In this document: in pieces, positions 53,677-64,000 of the stretch
How the letters are laid out: each line of letters begins with the position of its first letter
Numbering within the stretch: the first letter of the stretch is position 1
Source of the DNA: Anaeromyxobacter sp.
GTDB lineage: Bacteria > Myxococcota > Myxococcia > Myxococcales > Anaeromyxobacteraceae
DNA length: 64,000 nucleotides
Assembly: GCA_049840735.1 (NCBI GenBank)
Contig: JASGJN010000022.1
Location: 896,001-960,000 of the forward strand
Reading direction: 5' to 3'
The notes under the pieces: generated by a model
What the model saw: only the letters and a program-made list of their open reading frames with translations
What the model was told of the DNA's origin: nothing
Database searches by the model: none
Made by a program: the position numbers and the translations under genes

Positions 53677-54186
53677 TCACCAACCGAGTGGATCATTCGA
53701 GCGCAACCCGCCGTAGTGGATCAGCTTCGGACGCCGCTCTTCGAGATGGAAGGAGTGCGCGAAGCATCTGCTCAGCGGCGACGATGAATGACTCGATTGG
53801 TAGGTTCTTCGGTTTGCCGTGAACCAGCCATTTCGAGAGATGCGTGACGGTTTCGACGAGGAGCACCCCCCGAACCTCGAGTTCGCTCGGGGATGAATCG
53901 GATTTTCGTCGAACGATCGGCTCGATTTGTCGATTACGTGAACCCGGACCTCTCGTTCGTGCCCGAGGCTTCCAAGCTCCCGATCGATGGCTTCGAGCAG
54001 GCGAGGCTTCGTCGCGTCGATCGACGCGAGTCGTCGTAACAGGAAGAGGGGCTCCTCCATTGGGTCGGAGCCCGGGCGTGCAAGCCGCGCAAGTACTAGT
54101 TCGACTTCCGGTTTGATCCCTCGACCATGGCGCTCCACCTCGGCCCTAAATACGGCCTCTTTGTCCGCAAAGTATTGATACGGCAA
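53677..54186 (-). pseudogene. 5'-truncated TetR-family regulator remnant
   Basis: Begins at YQYFADKEAV (third HTH helix); the first helices are missing because the upstream gene stops at 54188; additional shift about 53935. Confidence 0.6.
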
Positions 54187-54187
54187 C

Positions 54188-55997
54188 TTACCGATGCTTG
54201 AGCGGCCAGGGTTTCACCGTGCCGTCGGGTTCGATGCGGAATGCGTGCACACCGGCCATCGTGCTCAAGAGGAGCATCGCGAAGTGTTCCCGCGAATACA
54301 GGCGGAAGGCGAGGAGGGTGCTGTCTTTGGTCGCCTTGCCGTCGGAGATTCGATCATCGAAAATGACCGTACTTGGCGCGTGCGCGAACTTATCGGGCTC
54401 ACCCATTCGCATCCTCAGCCCACCGAATTCGCCGGCGCGCCAAATCGCGAGGAGTTTCCCGTCCAGATCGACCGCGGCAACGTCCTCTGGCTCCGCCGGT
54501 CGAAGATCACTGGCTTTGCCGTCGAGGGCGTCGCCATTGACTGCCACGCGGACGCAACCCGCCGACGTGCACGTATCGTGGTACATGCGAGTATTGCCTC
54601 CCTTGCCGTGCTCGACGGACACGACGGTTGCCGTCGTGCCGTGACACCCAAGCACGCCCCAGGGGGAGGCGAAGACCGGATCCGTGTAGCGATCGCCGAT
54701 TCGGAAGGTGAGAAAGTCGCTGTCGCGTCCTCGTACCCGAATGACGGTCATTCGATCCGTGCGACACCCGGTCAAGTGTGGTTGCTCTTCCTCGCCCTCG
54801 CGGATGAGTCCAGGTTCCGGAAGCTCTCCGATGTCGACGAGGGAAAAGGACGACTTGTCCTTCTGATTCAGTGGGAGTGCGAAGAGTCGCCTCTCTTGGT
54901 TTGGCGTGATCCCGCGAACGAGGACCTGGTCCCAGAGGAGTTGGGAGCCGTAGAAGTAGTTGCCGACTTGGAAGTTCGGTTTCAGCGGAGTTCGCGAAGG
55001 TGGATTTTCTCCCGACTTTTGAGTGAGGACCATGGTCTTGGCTTCCGGATCCCAGCCGAGCACCGCAACCGAGCCATCCTTCGCGGAATAGCCACCGTAG
55101 CTGTACATCCGATTCGATTGGAGTGGACGACCCGGCCACGAAGATCCCCTCGCTTCCGCGCTTCCCTGAGAACACGAGACTTCCCGCATCCGGGTCGGAG
55201 GTGCCAAGCAAGCGCAATCCGTGGCCCTGCACGGATTTGAGCTCCACCATGGAACGGCACTCTGCTTCGGTTTCCTTCGGCCGGAAGACGCAAAGCACCG
55301 GGGTGGGGGGATTTTCTTCTTCGATGAGGACGGGCAGGGCAAGTCCTGGGTTGTCCTCGGTGAAACTTCGAGTGAGCCCCTTTTTCGACAACCCCACCAC
55401 TTTGGCGAGACTGTCGGCGTTTCGCGGTGCCGGGGGCAAGGCTTTCGGGGGAAGTGACGCGGAGCTGAGGCGATCCAAGGTGGCAAACACGGAGGTGACG
55501 ACCTCCGAGTTGTCTTTCGTGATGGCTTCGAAGCTGGCGAGGAGCTTCGTGAGCTCGGGGAAGCCCTTCGTGTCCTTCTCGTCGCCTGCGCCCTTGAGGA
55601 GCGTCACCATGTTTCCAAGACTCGCTCGGCACGTGTAGGGCCAGACGTTATTTCCGCTCGTCACCCGTTCTGCGTCGGAACGGGTTAGTGCCTCGAGCTG
55701 CAGACGCCGGTATCGAAGGGCAGGGGTCTCCTGGGGCTCGAGCGGGCCACCGAGGAGACAGCTCCGCAAATCGAGGGACGCCTTTTCTAGCTCGAGGCGC
55801 GCCGAACGCTGTGCGTGCACGATTGCCAGCGTGATGCCGAGCAGAGCCGCGCCGCAACCGAGCGCGAGAAAGAGTGTGCGTCGTTTCTTACCCTGGGCCC
55901 GGAGCGATTCGAAGTCGGGATCGGAATCACGATCAGACGAGTTTTCGTGCGTGGACAAGCGCCATTCTCCTGATGACGAGCGGCTGAAGCCGCCCAT
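54188..55997 (-). CDS. Hypothetical membrane-anchored protein (frameshift about 55110; start uncertain)
   Basis: KKRR + TM (LFLALGCGAALLGITLAIV); ORFs 54507-56090 and 54188-55486 join into one large soluble domain. Confidence 0.65.
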
Positions 55998-56071
55998 AGG
56001 AACATCCCGCGCGGAAAGATGGCACGACTTTGCTTTTCTGGGAATCGCCCACACGCTAGTCTTGCGCCTCG

Positions 56072-57454
56072 ATGGTCCGTTTTTGGTCATGCAAGGCCGG
56101 TCTCGGGTTGGCCTTGGGGCTTGGTTTCTGGTGCAGTGGATGCGCTTCTGGTGTAACCGAGGCGGCGCCGGGGCCCTCGGTGCGCAATTCGTCCATTGCC
56201 GTGGTCACGCCGAACAGGCAAAAACCTGCGGAAGCGATCTCGCACGTCGCTTCATCTCCGTGGCTTTCCGACTCGAAGCCGGATTTGAGACGTCTGACCG
56301 TGCTCGTGCGCTCCAAACCTCCCGCCGATTTGGCTGCCAAGTTCCTCGATATTGCCCAGCACAACCAGCGAATGCAGGCATTCTTTCGCGCCGCGGCCGA
56401 GGGGGGATTCGGGAGCGGATTCGTGGTCGTTCGTCGAATGCAAGAGCCGTCGGGTGCATTCCGGCACTTCATCGTTACCAATCGACACGTGGTCGAGCTT
56501 GCAAATTCCGTTACCGTGGCGTTCCAGGGTGAGTCGCAAGAATACGAACTCCCTGTGGTCTACGTCGATCCGAGCTACGACCTTGCTCTTCTGTCGTTGG
56601 ACGTCGAATCCTTGGATGCGGCACTGGTGACGCGACTTGCGCCTTTGGGCTTCGATTTCGAGGCGACACCGGCAACGGATCAACAACCCGTCGTGGCAAG
56701 TGGCTATCCGGCAATTGGGCAGGAGCCGTCCTATCAAGTCTCTCGCGGTTATGTCTCGAATGAGCGATTCGAAATTGCGGAGGGTGGTCGAGCGCTCCGC
56801 TACGTGCAACACACGGCTCCGATCGATCCCGGTAGCAGTGGTGGGCCGCTGACGACCGAATCCGGGAAGCTGCTCGGGATCAACACCATGAAGGTGCGCC
56901 GCCGTGAAAACGTCGGACTCGCCGTACCCGCTCCCGTCGTCGAACGCGCCATCGAAAACGCGATTCGGAGCGAGAGCGAGCGGCAGAAACCCGGTGATCG
57001 CGAAGCCGCATCGGGTGCATGTCGGGCGCTCCTCGTCGCTCTCGGGAGTGGCGATGCCGGGCTCGAGGACGTCGAACGCGCCATCGGCGCACCGATGTTG
57101 GTTCGTGACGGGTTTTCGAGCTTGGACGCGCTTCCCTCAAAGGACGGCACCGATTGGCTCGAGCGGTTTCTCGAATCGCCGACTCAGGTGTTCCTGACGG
57201 CAGTGGCAATGCGATTGATTGACGAACGCCCGAAGCCCGATGCTCGAATGGAATGCAAGTTTGTCGAGCCCGAGCCGACCGACGGAGCCTTTGCCTTCGA
57301 CGTCCCCACTCGTCGAGGCCAACGGCGTTGGACGTTTGCGTGGGAGCAACGCCGTTTCAAGCTCGTTCGCGCCTCCCTCGATTCTACGGCGCGAAACGAA
57401 CGTTCTTTCGGGATTACGGCAAGCCAAAGAGCCGTAAATGGACACCGCGACTGA
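56072..57454 (+). CDS. Trypsin-like (S1C) serine protease lipoprotein without PDZ
   Basis: GSGFVV, TNRHVV (His), DLAL (Asp), PGSSGGP (Ser); lipobox CSGC. Confidence 0.88.
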   Translation: MVRFWSCKAGLGLALGLGFWCSGCASGVTEAAPGPSVRNSSIAVVTPNRQKPAEAISHVASSPWLSDSKPDLRRLTVLVRSKPPADLAAKFLDIAQHNQRMQAFFRAAAEGGFGSGFVVVRRMQEPSGAFRHFIVTNRHVVELANSVTVAFQGESQEYELPVVYVDPSYDLALLSLDVESLDAALVTRLAPLGFDFEATPATDQQPVVASGYPAIGQEPSYQVSRGYVSNERFEIAEGGRALRYVQHTAPIDPGSSGGPLTTESGKLLGINTMKVRRRENVGLAVPAPVVERAIENAIRSESERQKPGDREAASGACRALLVALGSGDAGLEDVERAIGAPMLVRDGFSSLDALPSKDGTDWLERFLESPTQVFLTAVAMRLIDERPKPDARMECKFVEPEPTDGAFAFDVPTRRGQRRWTFAWEQRRFKLVRASLDSTARNERSFGITASQRAVNGHRD

Positions 57455-57494
57455 AGTGAGAGTCGAGCTCGCGTGCGCCGTGTACGGCGAAGAC

Positions 57495-57578
57495 CGCACC
57501 TCGCAGGTCGCACCTCGCGGGTCCTCGCAGGCCGTACCTCGCAGGCCCTCGAAGGTCGCACCTCGCGGGCCCCGAAGG
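57495..57578. repeat. Degenerate short intergenic repeat between convergent genes
   Basis: About 6-7 variants of CCTCGCAGG. Confidence 0.7.
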
Positions 57579-57593
57579 ACGTGAAGACGCCTT

Positions 57594-58621
57594 TTACTCG
57601 ATGGGCGTCTCCGAAATGAGGAAGTCGTCGAAGTCGAGGATCTGCTGAGTGCTGGGCGCCCAGGTGTCATCGCTTCCACCGAAAAAGGTCGAGAAGTAGA
57701 GGGCGTCGATCCCGAAGGTTGCCCCAGCGAGGCGGTAGAGGAACGCTTGCTCGTCGAGCGCCAGGTTTCCGTCGAACCACGCTTGGAGGATGCCGTCATG
57801 CGCACCCGGCGTGTTCATTCGGATGTGGTGTTGCACGCGGTGCCAAACGCCAGGCGTGAAGGTCACTTTCGTATCGTTCGTTTCGTAGACGTAATCGTCC
57901 CCGCAGCTGTTCACCTTTTCGGGAAAGTACATGTACTGCACACAGGCACCGCCTGGGCGCCACATCATGCGTGCGGAGAAACCGCCCGGAATCGGCGACG
58001 CAACCCGTCGGGTGTGTGCCTCCGACCAAGCCCGGTAGCTTGCCTCCGCGAACGAAGTCGAATCCGTCCGCAAAACGCAACCGGTAGGACAAATAGAGCT
58101 CCTCGAAGGATGCCGAGAGCGGGATCAAGAACTGAACGCCGCCATCGGTAGGGCCGTAAACGGCTGCGGGATAAGTGACTCTGAGTGCTCGGGCGCCACC
58201 TTCGTCGATGATTGCCGCTCGACCATCGTCGAGCCCGTCGTTCCACGTGGCTGGGCCGGAGGAAATCCTCCGACGCCATGCTTTGCGTGTAGAGCCCCAC
58301 TTCACGCTGCTGGAAGTCGACATGAACGAGTGCCTTCGTTCCGTTGCCTGCGCCGGCGGTCGATGCAGTCGTCGCGGCGGTCGCGCCACCAACTTCGGGA
58401 TTGCTGCTCGAACCCGCACTCGGTGCTCCGCCCGACGATGTTCCTCCGGTTGCGCCATTCGTCGATCCCCCTACTGAAGGCGTGGAGGAGGCACCGCTCC
58501 GCCCTTCAGTCGTGTCGCTTTTTGCGTCCGACGAACTGCAAGCGAGTTGCGCTGCCACGATCGACACGCCGATCACGCAAGTTGAACACAGCGAGCGAGA
58601 CTCAGCGAACCTTCGGGGCAT
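57594..58621 (-). CDS. Polysaccharide lyase (PL14-like) lipoprotein (frameshifts about 58260 and 57990)
   Basis: Lipobox QLAC; LRVTYP, FDFVRGGKLPGL, GFSARMMWR, MNTPG..DG.LQAW.DG, FSTFFGG. Confidence 0.82.
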
Positions 58622-58754
58622 CCCAGGATTATGCCATGGCACTTCACGGCCACGCCATCTTCGCTCACGCGTTCAACGGTCGGGGCGAGTGAGTGCAGGT
58701 GGGACGGCGCGAATGTACGGCACCCCTGCGAGGCCGCACGTCGATGCCGTGCCA

Positions 58755-59198
58755 TCACCAATGGCGTCGATAGGGCACCATCGCCGAGGCGGCGAAGCCG
58801 TTTCGTCCGTAGAATCTGCGCGCTCGTTCGTTGGCTGCGTCCGTGAGCAATGTGATTCGCTTGAGTCCGCGTTCGCGGCACAACGAGACCGCCGCGTCGA
58901 GCAGGTGGCTGCCAATCCCCTTGTCTCGTCGATCGGGCGACACCACCATGTCCTCGAGCCACGCGACGGGGCCACCTTCTGCGGTGCTGATCGTGAAGAG
59001 GAGACTGACCATGCCGACGACCCTCGTGTCCGACGTCGCGACGAGCAGAACTCCGACGTCCGGCGAATCGAGGATGAGTCGAAGCGCTCGCCGTTGTCGT
59101 AAAGGATCGGGCGCGAAGTCCGCTTCGATGGAAAATAGGATGCCGAGTAACTCGACCATGTTGTCGAGATCTTCGACCTTAGCGGGACGAACGAGCAT
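58755..59198 (-). CDS. GNAT N-acetyltransferase
   Basis: LEDMVVSPDRRDKGIGSHLL, NERARRFY...GF. Confidence 0.9.
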   Translation of the reverse strand: MLVRPAKVEDLDNMVELLGILFSIEADFAPDPLRQRRALRLILDSPDVGVLLVATSDTRVVGMVSLLFTISTAEGGPVAWLEDMVVSPDRRDKGIGSHLLDAAVSLCRERGLKRITLLTDAANERARRFYGRNGFAASAMVPYRRHW

Positions 59199-59219
59199 CG
59201 ATGACCCTCCCTTGATGCG

Positions 59220-59712
59220 TCATTGTGGGGCGCGATTGCCGAGGCAGTGAATCGTTACGGAAACACCGCGAGCGACGAGGCGTGATTCGAGGAGCGAACG
59301 TACGTCACTCCATCGAGCGCCAGCGAGCCCTTGGCCGAGTGGTGGCGCATGCACGACGGCATTCGTCGCCAACGCGCGAGTGGCGACTCGAATCCAGGCA
59401 TTCGCCGAGTGCCGTCAAATCAAGACTCGACTCCGGATTGCCGCGCGAGCGCTCCGCGACGAGATGGCCCAGCACGACGTTGGCGGCAAGTTCCGCATAA
59501 ATCACGTGGCCCAGGGGCGCGGACGAGCCGAATTCCCGCCGGTACGCGAGCAGTGCCGCCGTACAAGCGGGCCAGCGCGCTTCGATGGCTTGGGTGAATC
59601 CGAGGCCCCACACCAGGGCTTCGGCCATCAAATGCACGAGAATACACGGCGACATATCGGGGATCCGAGTCGCGTCGCTACGTAGGCGAATTTGGAGCGT
59701 CGATACTGTCAC
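59220..59712 (-). CDS. Macro-domain protein (Poa1p/TARG1-like; frameshift about 59390)
   Basis: DAT...ILVH...WGLGFTQAIEARWP...LGECL; manual translation of the other frame continues VHAPPLGQGLAGARWSDV...GVSVTIH to stop 59220. Confidence 0.7.
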
Positions 59713-60165
59713 GGTGCGATGGGGCGATCCTCGTAGGAGTCACATGGCCTGCAGGTTTCTTCGGGATTGCATCGGCGTGTGGCCCAAAGCTGACGGCAAA
59801 ATACGGCGCTTCGATGTCGGTCCGACGGTGCCTATCGGGAACACGCGGCTTTCGTGCGTGGGTTCTGGAGCCTCTCCTCGAGACCGCCCGTTGGATTGAT
59901 TGGTCTTTACGTCGCGCAAACGGTCCGCGACGTGACCGCGACGGCAAAACCAACCAAAACTCCCCGGTGGAAGCCTTGCAATTCGGACACCTAGTCCCCG
60001 CTCTCCGTCGCATCGTGCTCGAAGGCGCGCGGTCGGCCCCGTTGGCCGATGGCTGCCGGTGACGCTCAGAACACCAACGAGAATCCGGCACGTTCGTCAC
60101 TCCCAGGCCGGCGCTTGCATCGTTGGTGCGGAGAGCGCCACGTCGCAGCGAGACTCGAAGGTTTC

Positions 60166-60213
60166 GCGCTGAGATACGACGCGCTGCGCTGAGATACGAC
60201 GCGCTGCGCTGAG
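60166..60213. repeat. Short intergenic tandem repeat, about 2.4 x 20 bp
   Basis: GCGCTGAGATACGACGCGCT. Confidence 0.8.
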
Positions 60214-60332
60214 CTCCGACTCTGTCCGTTTTACGCGCAGAGATGGTGGGGCCCAGTGCAGCGAGGCGGTTCTCGGAAGGGCGCGAGATTGCGGCGCGTG
60301 CACCTGGGGGGCTCCGAGTGCACGCGCGGTAT

Positions 60333-62608
60333 CTAGCCGGTCGTCGAGGTCGTCGAGGTCGTCGAGGTCGCCGAGGTCGTCGAGGTCGTCGAAGTGTTCG
60401 ATCGATGCTCGTCACCCATCGAGATCCGCAAGACGAAGTACATGAGTGTCAGCGTCCCGATCGCAAACACCGTATCGCCGAACGCGCGCATCCAACGCAA
60501 GACGTGCATGGTGTTCTGCTGCAAGAATTCGGAACTCCGCGCGTACCAATAGCCGTGTTCGACGGAGGCCCAGGTCTGCATCAAGCCTACGGGCAGCAAG
60601 CTGAAGAGTACCATGGCCATCAGACCGCCATTGATGGCCCAAAATGCGAATCGGAGTGGCCCTTCCTTCCAAAGAGCACTGGTTCGGTACGTTCGGAAGC
60701 AGAACAACATCAAGCCAATCCCGAGCATCCCGTAGACCCCGAAGAGCGCCGCGTGTCCGTGGACTGGAGTCGTGTTGAGGCCCTGCATGTAGTAGAGAGC
60801 GATAGGTGGATTGATCATGAATCCGAAAAGCCCAGCTCCGACGAGATTCCAAAACGCGACAGCGACGAAGAAATGAAATGGGCCAACGGTATTTGCGCAC
60901 CCAGGGACGCGAGCTGGCGAGCCTAAGATTGTGCCAAGCTTCGAATCCCACGAAGAGCAAGGGGACGACCTCGAGGGCACTGAAGACGGAGCCGAGCGCG
61001 AGGACCACCATTGGTGTGCCCGCGAAATAGAGGTGGTGTAGCGTGCCAATCACTCCACCGGCGAGGAAGATCGTCGCTGCGAGCACCGTCGAGCTACCTG
61101 CCGTAGCCAAGCGGATGAGGCCGAGCCGCGCGAACAGGAACGCGATGATCACCGTCGCGAACACCTCGAAGAATCCCTCCACCCAGAGATGAACGACCCA
61201 CCAACGCCAGTATTCGGCGACCGCCAAATTCGTGTGTCGACCGTAGCCGAGAGCGGCTCCGTAGAACCCGGCAATCGCGACGGACGAGATGACGAACAGT
61301 ATCAACACGGGGCGTTGCTCGTCGCGTTTGCGAAGTGCAGGAACGAGTGCGCGGAGCATGAGCCAAAGCCAAAGAAACAGGCCGATCAAAAGGGCGATTT
61401 GCCAGAGTCGGCCGAAATCGATGTACTCGTAACCGCTGTGTCCGAGATAAAACCACACGTCACCGCTGAGGCCGCGCATTACGCTGAACCACTGCCCCGC
61501 CATGGAACCCAGAATCACCGTGACGACGGCACCGAACAGCACGTTGACGCCCAAGCGTTGATAACGTGGCTCTGCACCTACCGAAGGCCCGATGTAGAGG
61601 CCCGCAGCGAGCCAAGTGGTTGCAATCCAGAATATCCCAAGCTGAAGGTGCCAGGTGCGCGCGACCGTGTAAGGCAGAAATCGAGCGAGGGGGATCCCGT
61701 AAAAGCCGCCGCCTTCCACCCCGTAATGAGCCGTGACGACTCCCAGTATCACCTGTAGCCCCATCAGCGCCGTTGCCGCCCAGAAGTACTTCATGACGGC
61801 GCGCTGTGACGGAGTGGGCGCCGCACCGAGGAGGGGATCGTCGTTGGGCGTGCTCGGTTGAGCTTCCTCCTTCTGCATCGCATAAAACAGTGCCATCGCG
61901 CCGATCCCCGCCAATAGCACGATGATGCTCACGCCCGTCCAAACCACGGTTTCACCCGTAGGACGATTGCCCACGAGCGACTCGTGGGGCCAGTTATTGG
62001 TGTACGTGACGTCGTCTCCAGGGCGTTGCGTCGATGCTGCCCAAGAGGTCCAGAAGACGAACGCCGCGAGTTGATACATTCGCGCAGGATCGGTGAGTGT
62101 TCCGCTCGGGATCGCATACTCCGGGCGTCCGTCGCGAAATACGCTCGTATAGTGAGCCAGATTCGAGGCGAATGCTCGACCGCGCACGTCGTCGATGACG
62201 AGTACGCCGCTCTTCGCATCGTAGCGATTGGGCCGCACCGAATCTTGGAGCCTTTCGATCAGCTTGCTCTGCTCTTCGGACGGAAGCTGCGCAAAGCTTC
62301 GCCCGTGTTGCATCATCGCCCACTCCTCGAGGGTGTAAGCCGCTTCGCGATGGAGCCAATCCGCAGTCCAATCCGGGGCAACGTAGCTCCCGTGGCCCCA
62401 GATGGAAACCGACCTCCATGCCCCCCATCGCCTGCCAAACGTTTTGTCCGGCGGAAATGTCACCCGTATCGATGACGGTGGTTCCGCTCGTCGTAACGAC
62501 TCGACTGGGGATTGGGGGCGCTTGTTGGTAAATCCGCACCCCTGTCCAGCCGAGAACCGCGAAAGATAGGACCAGGACCGTGACGAAATAGAGCCAAAGT
62601 CGTCTCAT
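60333..62608 (-). CDS. norB: Quinol-dependent nitric oxide reductase qNOR (frameshifts about 62408 and 60875)
   Basis: WGHGSYVAPDWTADWLHRE, RTWHLQ, WWVVHLWVEGFFEVF, GTLHHLY, HGHAALFG, RAFGD. Confidence 0.93.
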
Positions 62609-62712
62609 GGCAGCTGGGCCAATCCATGTTGTTGGCCCCCTCCAGAGTGCAATGGCCGATTGACGAATTCAGCTGTGGGGCCACGAGCCCATGGCGCGCG
62701 TGTACGCTGGAC

Positions 62713-62759
62713 GGCGCGAGCGCTCGATGGCGCGAGCGCTCGATGGCGCGAGCCGCTCG
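62713..62759. repeat. About 3 x 16 bp repeat upstream of qNOR
   Basis: GGCGCGAGCGCTCGAT. Confidence 0.75.
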
Positions 62760-62790
62760 TTTACGTCGTTTCAATTCGAGGGAAGTCCTC

Positions 62791-64000
62791 TTACGGCTTC
62801 GCAACTCGGTAAATACCGCTCGTGGTGGCCGCCGCGTCGCTCTTGGCAAGCCAATACAAATAGCTGCCCTCGGAGCGCAGGTAGCTCGGCTCCGTCAGGC
62901 CAGCCACGAGCGTTTTCACGCCCCCCGCACAGGCAGGCCGAGAACAGTAGGCGATGCTCGTACTCGTGAGAAAGTAGACGTTGCTCTCGTCCACGAGCAT
63001 GTCGCTGTTGAAGGCCGTAGGCAGGCTGGCAACGGTGTTTGCCGAAGCCGGATCGGTGGCAAGGCAGGACTTCAGCACCAAGCCTTCGATCCAGTAAAGG
63101 CGCCCGCCGTGAGCGGCGAAGTTGATGGGCTGACCGCTCACCAGGGTTGGATAGCTCTTGCATCCAGTGAAGCGATCGCATGCGACAAGGTTCGGTTGTG
63201 CGCCTGCCGTATCCGTACGAATGTAGTAAACGAAGGCGTTGTCTATGGCAAGCCGTGTATCGGAAGTCGGATAGTTTCCGATCTTGACGGTCGTGCCAAT
63301 GGTCCCGTCGTTGTTACCCGGGACACGATTGACCGAGGCCGTCGAGGGGTCCGAGAGATACCCAGTGACGTGATAATAGAGATCGCCGTCCACACCGATG
63401 AGACCACCGATGGCGCCGGACGGACTCGGCGACGCAAGGGCAAGCGTGGTGCCGCAAGTGGTCAGATTGCAGTAGCGGTAGCCAGGGTACTTATCGGAGG
63501 GGAGCGCCTTGCCGAAGAATGCAACCACGTCCGTCGTCAGAGTTTTCGTAATGGTCAGATGTGATGCTGCACCGGGGGCCGCGACTTGTTGAGTGTAGCC
63601 GGAGCAAGCGGCTGGACGGGTGCACCATTGAATGACGCTGCTGTCGGTGTAAAGATCCCCCTGCTCGAGACATCCATGCCCTGCGCTGCGGCGAGATCGC
63701 TGACGAGCAGGGCTTTCGTGCAGTGAGCCGCCTGGCACGTGGACTTCGCGCCGCAGGCATGACCACAGGCCCCGCAATGGTTGACGTCCGAGGAGACGTC
63801 CACGCAGGTATTCGTCTGTGGACAGAGCGTTTCCGATTCGGAACAGGAGGGCAGTGTGCTCGAGCTGGTTGCGCCGCCCGACGCCGTGCTCCCGCCGGCT
63901 GTCGTGTTCACGGTATTGGTTCCGCCGGCTCCAACGCCACCGGAGGTGGTGCTGCCACCCGAACCGCTGCTCGAAGCGCCGCCAGTCGTCCCAGGCGAGC
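62791..64000 (-). CDS. Secreted protein: G/T tether, Cys-rich (Stig1-like) unit, beta-propeller (5' end outside window; frameshift about 63655)
   Basis: CVDVSSDVNHCGACGHAC; repeated AID..FVYY / VDESNVYF / YLYW blades. Confidence 0.7.
   Translation of the reverse strand, partial: LAWDDWRRFEQRFGWQHHLRWRWSRRNQYREHDSRREHGVGRRNQLEHTALLFRIGNALSTDEYLRGRLLGRQPLRGLWSCLRREVHVPGGSLHESPARQRSRRSAGHGCLEQGDLYTDSSVIQWCTRPAACSGYTQQVAAPGAASHLTITKTLTTDVVAFFGKALPSDKYPGYRYCNLTTCGTTLALASPSPSGAIGGLIGVDGDLYYHVTGYLSDPSTASVNRVPGNNDGTIGTTVKIGNYPTSDTRLAIDNAFVYYIRTDTAGAQPNLVACDRFTGCKSYPTLVSGQPINFAAHGGRLYWIEGLVLKSCLATDPASANTVASLPTAFNSDMLVDESNVYFLTSTSIAYCSRPACAGGVKTLVAGLTEPSYLRSEGSYLYWLAKSDAAATTSGIYRVAKP

Noticed and set aside
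60333..62608. Nitric oxide dismutase (Nod) rather than qNOR
   Set aside because: HLWVEGFFE, the TWH quinol-site His and the RxxGD Asp look canonical for qNOR.
62640..62680. FNR/DNR or sigma-54 site upstream of qNOR
   Set aside because: TTGACGAATTCAGC matches only one half-site, and I found no correctly spaced GG-N10-GC promoter.

Overview
A 64 kb GC-rich bacterial chromosomal window, inferred to come from a myxobacterium (Myxococcota, probably Polyangiaceae). The basis is a MYXO-CTERM sorting signal, a giant fibro-slime/cysteine-repeat protein and many lipoproteins with Gly/Ser/Thr tethers. I saw no rRNA, tRNA, CRISPR array or transposase. About 20 genes carry single-base frameshifts, most likely long-read assembly errors, so many CDS calls join two or more ORFs. 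Housekeeping and metabolic genes include a YgiQ radical SAM protein, HD hydrolase, PlsC-ACP-acyl-ACP synthetase fusion, methyltransferase, chemoreceptor, SF2 helicase, aldo/keto reductase, ketopantoate reductase, OadG/OadB pair and qNOR. These are interleaved with secreted or surface-tethered enzymes and lectins. The best candidate for an undescribed system is 32.7-38.1 kb: an operon of three fungal/plant-type beta-1,3-glucan proteins (GH128, thaumatin-like, Tos1-like), divergent from an uncharacterised HTH protein coupled to a Cip1/LamG-like lipoprotein. Other notable items are a NifX-family protein with a 7x His/Cys repeat tail next to DUF134, a helicase ending in a clamp-binding-like motif (QMSLF), a RAPP-ending ORF upstream of an orphan oadG-oadB pair, an XRE-S24 repressor with an extra domain, a perfect FNR-type box and a composite intergenic tandem repeat. 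All family assignments come from motif recognition by eye; no database search was run.
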